Shown in pieces: positions 34,592-39,519 of a DNA stretch of 39,519 bases. Source of the stretch: a virus; the UHGV virus genome UHGV-0148166. The stretch is one strand, 5' to 3'. The notes beneath the pieces were generated by a model. The model was not told the origin of the DNA. It searched no databases and saw only the letters and a list, made by a program, of their open reading frames with translations. Position 1 is the stretch's first letter; every line of letters begins with the position of its first letter. The position numbers and the translations under genes were made by a program.

Positions 34592-35607
34592 AAATTTTAA
34601 ATTTAGGTGATTGGCATTTAGGCGTTAAAGCTGATGATGAGTGGATTCGCGGTATTCAAATTGATGGAATTAAGCAAGCGATAGAATATTCTAAGAAAAA
34701 TGGAATTACGGTATGGATTCAATACGGTGATATTTTTGATGTGCGAAAAGCGATCACGCATAAAACTATGGAGTTTGCCCGTGAAATAGTTCAAACGCTT
34801 GATGATGCTGGAATTACATTACACACTATTGTAGGAAATCACGATCTCCACTATAAAAATGTAATGCATCCAAATGCCTCTACTGAGCTTTTGGCTAAAT
34901 ATCCTAATGTTAAAGTATATGATAAGCCTACTACAGTAGATTTTGACGGGTGTTTGATTGATTTGATTCCTTGGATGTGCGAAGAAAATACTGGTGAAAT
35001 TCTTGAGCATATCAAAACTTCATCTGCTTCTTTTTGTGTTGGTCACTGGGAACTGAATGGATTTTATTTTTATAAAGGAATGAAATCTCATGGTCTTGAA
35101 CCTGATTTCCTTAAGACTTATAAAGAAGTGTGGTCTGGTCACTTCCATACTATCTCTGAGGCTGCAAACGTCAGATATATTGGGACACCATGGACACTAA
35201 CTGCAGGTGACGAGAATGACCCTCGTGGGTTCTGGATGTTTGATACAGAAACAGAACGAATGGAATTTATTCCAAATAATACTACCTGGCATCGTAGAAT
35301 TCATTATCCATTTAAAGGAAAAATTGACTATAAAGATTTTACAAATCTATCAGTACGTGTTATAGTAACTGAAGTAGACAAAAATCTAACGAAGTTCGAA
35401 TCTGAACTAGAAAAAGTTGTGCATTCATTACGAGTTGTGTCAAAGATTGATAACTCTGTCGAGTCAGATGACAGTGAAGAAGTTGAAGTTCAATCGCTTC
35501 AGACATTAATGGAAGAGTATATTAATGCAATTCCAGACATCACTGATTCTGACCGTGAAGCACTTATTCAATATGCAAATCAGCTATATGTAGAGGCAAC
35601 ACAATGA
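34588..35607 (+). CDS. 47: Recombination endonuclease subunit gp47 (Mre11-like)
   Basis: 339 aa; phosphoesterase motifs GDWHLG, GDIFD, GNHD, GHFH. Confidence 0.93.
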   Translation: MKILNLGDWHLGVKADDEWIRGIQIDGIKQAIEYSKKNGITVWIQYGDIFDVRKAITHKTMEFAREIVQTLDDAGITLHTIVGNHDLHYKNVMHPNASTELLAKYPNVKVYDKPTTVDFDGCLIDLIPWMCEENTGEILEHIKTSSASFCVGHWELNGFYFYKGMKSHGLEPDFLKTYKEVWSGHFHTISEAANVRYIGTPWTLTAGDENDPRGFWMFDTETERMEFIPNNTTWHRRIHYPFKGKIDYKDFTNLSVRVIVTEVDKNLTKFESELEKVVHSLRVVSKIDNSVESDDSEEVEVQSLQTLMEEYINAIPDITDSDREALIQYANQLYVEATQ

Positions 35608-35867
35608 CTTTTGATGAATTTAAAAATGTTATGATGAGTCAGCATTTTGAATGCGAAGTAAAAGATGATATTGGGCATAAAGAAATTATTGAATACTGGT
35701 TTGAACCACTAGAGGTTGAAGATAATTGTATTAAAAAGGTTACAGTCTGCACTGACTGGGCTGTATCTTTTAACTTCAACATTTTAGATAATGACACACC
35801 TAAATCATTGCGAGATATGGCTGTATCTTGTATTAAGGATGCGTATTGTGAAGTTTTCGACATTTGA
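35604..35867 (+). CDS. Hypothetical small protein (87 aa; 46.2 position)
   Basis: ATGA overlap with gene 47. Confidence 0.5.
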   Translation: MTFDEFKNVMMSQHFECEVKDDIGHKEIIEYWFEPLEVEDNCIKKVTVCTDWAVSFNFNILDNDTPKSLRDMAVSCIKDAYCEVFDI

Positions 35868-36054
35868 CATTAATGATGAATTCATAGCAAATATTGATTA
35901 TACCGAAGAAGATTCTAGATATGTTGGAATAATTTATATTACATCAAAAACAGCGCAAGGTGTTGTTTGCATGGCTGAATTTGATGAATACTTTTTAGAT
36001 TATGATGATATGATAGAATGGTCTAAAAGATACATTAAAAGGAATCTTTTGTGA
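35848..36054 (+). CDS. Hypothetical small protein (46.1 position), GTG start
   Basis: AAGGA RBS before GTG; first 12 codons (VKFSTFDINDEF) near-duplicate of the HNH gene start at 36051. Confidence 0.4.
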   Translation: MKFSTFDINDEFIANIDYTEEDSRYVGIIYITSKTAQGVVCMAEFDEYFLDYDDMIEWSKRYIKRNLL

Positions 36055-36905
36055 AGAATTTTAAACTTGACATTAATGATGAATTTTTAATAAAGGAATT
36101 AGTTGAAAAATTAGCGTTGAGTGAAGAAGACGCCAAGTCTTACATTAATTTTATTTCTATGAATTCAACTGTTAAAACTCCAGGTAAAACGGAAGCACAC
36201 CACGTGCTTCCTAAATCAATATTTCCTGAATATTTAAAATCTACATGGAATTTAGTTAATTTAAGTCATTTTAATCATTTTAAAGCACACTTCTTATTAG
36301 CAAAAGGTAAAAATGGAAAAATGCTAAATGCTTTAAATAGAATGATGTCAGGGAAAACATATAAAAATTTATCTTTAGCCGAAGTTGATTTAATAGCTGC
36401 TGAATATAGTTTTATAAAACAAGATGTAAGTGACACAATATCAAAAAGGCTTCAACAGTATTATTCAAATCCGCAAAATAGAAATGCTGCTAGAGAAAGG
36501 GCATTAAAATATTTTTCAGTAGCAAAAAATAGGAAAGATAACAAAGAAAGATTAAATAATTTTAAAACAAAACAAAAAATTTCAATGGCTTCAAGGGAAT
36601 GGTTTAATAACGAAGAAAACAAAATTAAACACCAAAAGGCTGTTCGTGCTGCTTTATCAAAACCTGAATATAAAATAGCTATATCAAATTCAGTAGCTGC
36701 TAGTTGGAAAAATCCGGAGATTAGAAAAGCTCATATAGCATCTAGACGAAAAGGCTATCATTGGGATAATAAAGATAAATTGTATGAATTGTGGATATCA
36801 TATAATCGTCCTAAACATGTGATGTTTAGGAAAATGTTAGTTAAGAATGGATATCCAATAGAGGCTTCATTACAGGCTTTAGTTAAAGAATTTTCTTCAT
36901 TGTGA
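36051..36905 (+). CDS. HNH homing endonuclease (Mob-like, 284 aa)
   Basis: EAHHVLPKS...NLVNLSHFNHFKAH HNH motif; NUMOD-like repeats; very AT-rich; GTG start with AAAGGA RBS. Confidence 0.7.
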   Translation: MKNFKLDINDEFLIKELVEKLALSEEDAKSYINFISMNSTVKTPGKTEAHHVLPKSIFPEYLKSTWNLVNLSHFNHFKAHFLLAKGKNGKMLNALNRMMSGKTYKNLSLAEVDLIAAEYSFIKQDVSDTISKRLQQYYSNPQNRNAARERALKYFSVAKNRKDNKERLNNFKTKQKISMASREWFNNEENKIKHQKAVRAALSKPEYKIAISNSVAASWKNPEIRKAHIASRRKGYHWDNKDKLYELWISYNRPKHVMFRKMLVKNGYPIEASLQALVKEFSSL

Positions 36906-36920
36906 ACAATTGGATACAAA

Positions 36921-38603
36921 ATGAAATCATTTAAACTTAATAGAGTAAAATATAAAAATATAATGTCAGTTGGTCAAAATGGAGTTGACATTCAATTAGA
37001 TAAGGTTCAAAAAACTCTTATTACTGGACGAAATGGCGGTGGTAAGTCTACTATGCTAGAAGCCATCACATTTGGGCTTTTTGGCAAGCCATTTCGTGAT
37101 GTAAAGAAAGGCCAATTAATAAACAGCACAAATAAGAAAGAACTTTTAGTTGAACTGTGGATGGAATATGATGAGAAAAAGTACTATATCAAAAGAGGAC
37201 AAAAACCAAACGTTTTCGAAATCACCGTTAACGGTACACGTCTTAATGAATCTGCCAGCAGTAAAGATTTCCAAGCAGAATTTGAACAGCTTATCGGAAT
37301 GTCATATTCCAGTTTCAAGCAGATTGTTGTCCTTGGTACAGCAGGGTATACCCCTTTCATGGGTTTGTCGACCCCTGCGCGAAGAAAGCTTGTGGAAGAC
37401 CTGCTTGAGGTAGGAACATTAGCTGAAATGGATAAGCTTAATAAAGCACTAATACGTGAATTAAATTCACAAAACCAAGTGCTTGACGTTAAAAAAGATA
37501 GTATTATCCAACAAATTAAAATATATAATGATAACGTTGAACGCCAGAAAAAATTAACGGGTGACAATCTTACTCGTCTGCAAAATATGTATGATGATTT
37601 GGCAAAAGAAGCTAGAACGCTAAAATCGGAAATAGAAGAAGCTAATGAAAGATTAGTTAATATTGTTTTAGATGAAGACCCGACTGATGCATTTAATAAA
37701 ATCGGTCAAGAAGCAGTTTTAATTAAATCAAAAATTGACTCATATAATAAAGTCATTAATATGTATCACGAAGGTGGATTATGTCCAACCTGCTTGTCAC
37801 AATTGAGTTCCGGTGATAAAGTTGTTTCTAAAATTAAAGATAAAGTTTCTGAATGCACGCATTCGTTTGAACAGCTTTCAACACACCGTGATAATTTAAA
37901 AGTTCTCGTTGATGAATACCGAGATAATATTAAAACTCAGCAGACGTTGGCAAATGATATTCGCAATAAAAAGCAATCTCTGATCGCAGCAGTAGATAAA
38001 GCTAAAAAGGTTAAAGCGGCTATAGAAAAAGCATCTTCTGAGTTTATTGACCATGCTGATGAAATAGCACTGCTTCAAGAAGAACTTGATAAAATTGTTA
38101 AGACAAAAACTAATTTAGTAATGGAAAAATACCACCGAGGAATTTTGACTGATATGCTCAAAGATTCTGGTATTAAAGGTGCTATTATTAAAAAGTACAT
38201 TCCATTATTTAATAAGCAGATTAACCATTATCTTAAAATAATGGAAGCGGATTATGTGTTTACATTAGATGAAGAATTTAATGAGACAATTAAATCCCGT
38301 GGTCGCGAAGATTTTAGTTATGCTTCATTTAGTGAAGGTGAAAAGGCACGAATCGATATTGCTCTTTTATTTACTTGGCGTGATATTGCTTCTATTGTAT
38401 CTGGTGTTAGTATTAGTACATTAATACTCGATGAAGTGTTTGATGGGTCATTTGATGCCGAAGGTATTAAAGGTGTAGCTAATATTATAAATTCAATGAA
38501 AAACACTAATGTTTTTATAATTTCGCATAAAGACCATGACCCGCAAGAATACGGTCAGCATCTTCAAATGAAGAAAGTTGGTCGATTTACTGTAATGGTT
38601 TAA
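36921..38603 (+). CDS. 46: Recombination endonuclease subunit gp46 (Rad50/SbcC-like)
   Basis: 560 aa; Walker A GRNGGGKST, CPTC zinc hook, signature FSEGEKARIDIALLF, Walker B LILDEVFD. Confidence 0.93.
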   Translation: MKSFKLNRVKYKNIMSVGQNGVDIQLDKVQKTLITGRNGGGKSTMLEAITFGLFGKPFRDVKKGQLINSTNKKELLVELWMEYDEKKYYIKRGQKPNVFEITVNGTRLNESASSKDFQAEFEQLIGMSYSSFKQIVVLGTAGYTPFMGLSTPARRKLVEDLLEVGTLAEMDKLNKALIRELNSQNQVLDVKKDSIIQQIKIYNDNVERQKKLTGDNLTRLQNMYDDLAKEARTLKSEIEEANERLVNIVLDEDPTDAFNKIGQEAVLIKSKIDSYNKVINMYHEGGLCPTCLSQLSSGDKVVSKIKDKVSECTHSFEQLSTHRDNLKVLVDEYRDNIKTQQTLANDIRNKKQSLIAAVDKAKKVKAAIEKASSEFIDHADEIALLQEELDKIVKTKTNLVMEKYHRGILTDMLKDSGIKGAIIKKYIPLFNKQINHYLKIMEADYVFTLDEEFNETIKSRGREDFSYASFSEGEKARIDIALLFTWRDIASIVSGVSISTLILDEVFDGSFDAEGIKGVANIINSMKNTNVFIISHKDHDPQEYGQHLQMKKVGRFTVMV

Positions 38604-38658
38604 TTTATAAGAGATTATGCTTTAATTTATTAGAGTATAATCTCTATGGAGGAAAAAC

Positions 38659-38847
38659 ATGGAATATTCAACTGGACAGCATCTATTAACTATTCCTGAA
38701 ATAAAACGATATATTCTGAGAAATAATTTTTCTAATGAAGAGCATATAGTTACTGAATCTATGCTTAGGAATGCATTTAAAGCAGAATATACAAAAATAA
38801 TGTCCAATAGAAATGAAGCTTGGACTGTTACTGATTATTATGACTAA
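38659..38847 (+). CDS. Hypothetical small protein (62 aa; 45.2 position)
   Basis: TGGAGGAAAAAC RBS. Confidence 0.5.
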   Translation: MEYSTGQHLLTIPEIKRYILRNNFSNEEHIVTESMLRNAFKAEYTKIMSNRNEAWTVTDYYD

Positions 38848-38856
38848 AGGTGTATT

Positions 38857-39246
38857 ATGACTAAAATTACTGTGAATTATACTGTTGATGTAAAAGATAT
38901 TCAGCCAAAACACGTGCGTTCTGAATCAAATCCACAAAACCAAAATAAAATTCGTCGAGCATGGGTTTTGTCTCTTTCTGATAACGCAATGGAAGTTATT
39001 CAGAACAAAATTAAATCTGCACCTGCTCGTCATGCGTATTATGAAGCTATCGATCGTGAAGTAAGTAATAAATGGATTGAACTAATGCGCAAACATACTG
39101 CAGAATCCCTAAACGCCGGTGCTAAATTTATTATGACTTCATGTGGTGAACGCCTTGAAGATGATTATTGCGGTAATGCAGATGAACGTCTAATTGTTGC
39201 TGCTCAAATTGTTGCGGAAACAATTGCGGCTGATTTTGATAAATGA
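38857..39246 (+). CDS. RpbA-like protein (RNA polymerase-binding protein position)
   Basis: 129 aa; position downstream of gene 46 as T4 rpbA; identity not verified from sequence motifs. Confidence 0.45.
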   Translation: MTKITVNYTVDVKDIQPKHVRSESNPQNQNKIRRAWVLSLSDNAMEVIQNKIKSAPARHAYYEAIDREVSNKWIELMRKHTAESLNAGAKFIMTSCGERLEDDYCGNADERLIVAAQIVAETIAADFDK

Positions 39247-39470
39247 ATTTAGTATATCTTATTAGCTTTCCAGAGCGGGAAGCTAAAAATATTTTTCCGT
39301 GTTATTATATAGGTTCGAAAATTGACGCAATTTTCGATGGAACAAATATAATTGATTCAGCTGGAAAGATTTATACTGGAAGCGTGTCATCGAGTTATAG
39401 TGATGAATATTTTGAGCTTATTAAAACCACTAAATATACCGTCAAAATTTTAGCTGAAACTATATTAGAT
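39243..39470 (+). CDS. GIY-YIG homing endonuclease (Seg-like), 3'-truncated at adapter boundary
   Basis: [22 protein letters not shown] paralogous to N-terminus of ORF 25128; track C-terminus is adapter-derived. Confidence 0.6.
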
Positions 39471-39519
39471 CTGTCTCTTATACACATCTGACGCTGCCGA
39501 CGACTCCTTACGTGTAGAT
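39471..39519. other. Illumina Nextera adapter remnant (reverse complement of 1-51)
   Basis: CTGTCTCTTATACACATCT + GACGCTGCCGACGA + CTCCTTAC + GTGTAGAT. Confidence 0.95.

Overview
This window is a contiguous segment of a T4-like (Tequatrovirus-type) phage genome, bounded at both ends by Illumina Nextera adapter remnants (1-51 and 39471-39519) that are not biological. Essentially all genes are on the + strand and tightly packed, often with ATGA start/stop overlaps. Recognisable T4 landmarks, in order: a SegB-like GIY-YIG endonuclease (5'-truncated), tRNA-Arg(UCU) plus a structured non-coding stretch, a block of small e-region ORFs, nudE, lysozyme e, denV, a vs-region block including a GrcA-like glycyl-radical protein, regB, tk, rI, a long nrdC-upstream accessory block, nrdC, pin, gene 49, nrdD (intron-less), nrdG, gene 55, alpha-glucosyltransferase, genes 47 and 46, and an rpbA-like ORF. 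Regulatory signals are T4-typical: early promoters (TTTAC[A/T]-17 bp-TA[C/T]NAT with upstream A/T tract), TATAAATA late promoters, MotA-box middle promoter candidates and UUCG-tetraloop terminators. Compared with what I recall of T4, ipII/ipIII are absent between e and denV, the tRNA cluster is reduced to one tRNA, and six homing-endonuclease genes (3 GIY-YIG internal or terminal, 2 HNH, 1 further terminal GIY-YIG) are present. The best candidates for an undescribed system are (i) a promoter-to-terminator early module at 12.9-15.6 kb encoding a paralog pair, a 2-TM membrane protein and a Pol-beta-type nucleotidyltransferase, followed by a separately transcribed AAA+-like ATPase, (ii) four consecutive coiled-coil-tailed paralogs at 18.9-22.8 kb, (iii) three tandem 2-TM paralogs in the e region, and (iv) a macro-domain protein in the vs/tk region. 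All functional assignments rest on motifs read from the translations and recalled T4 gene order; no database search was run.
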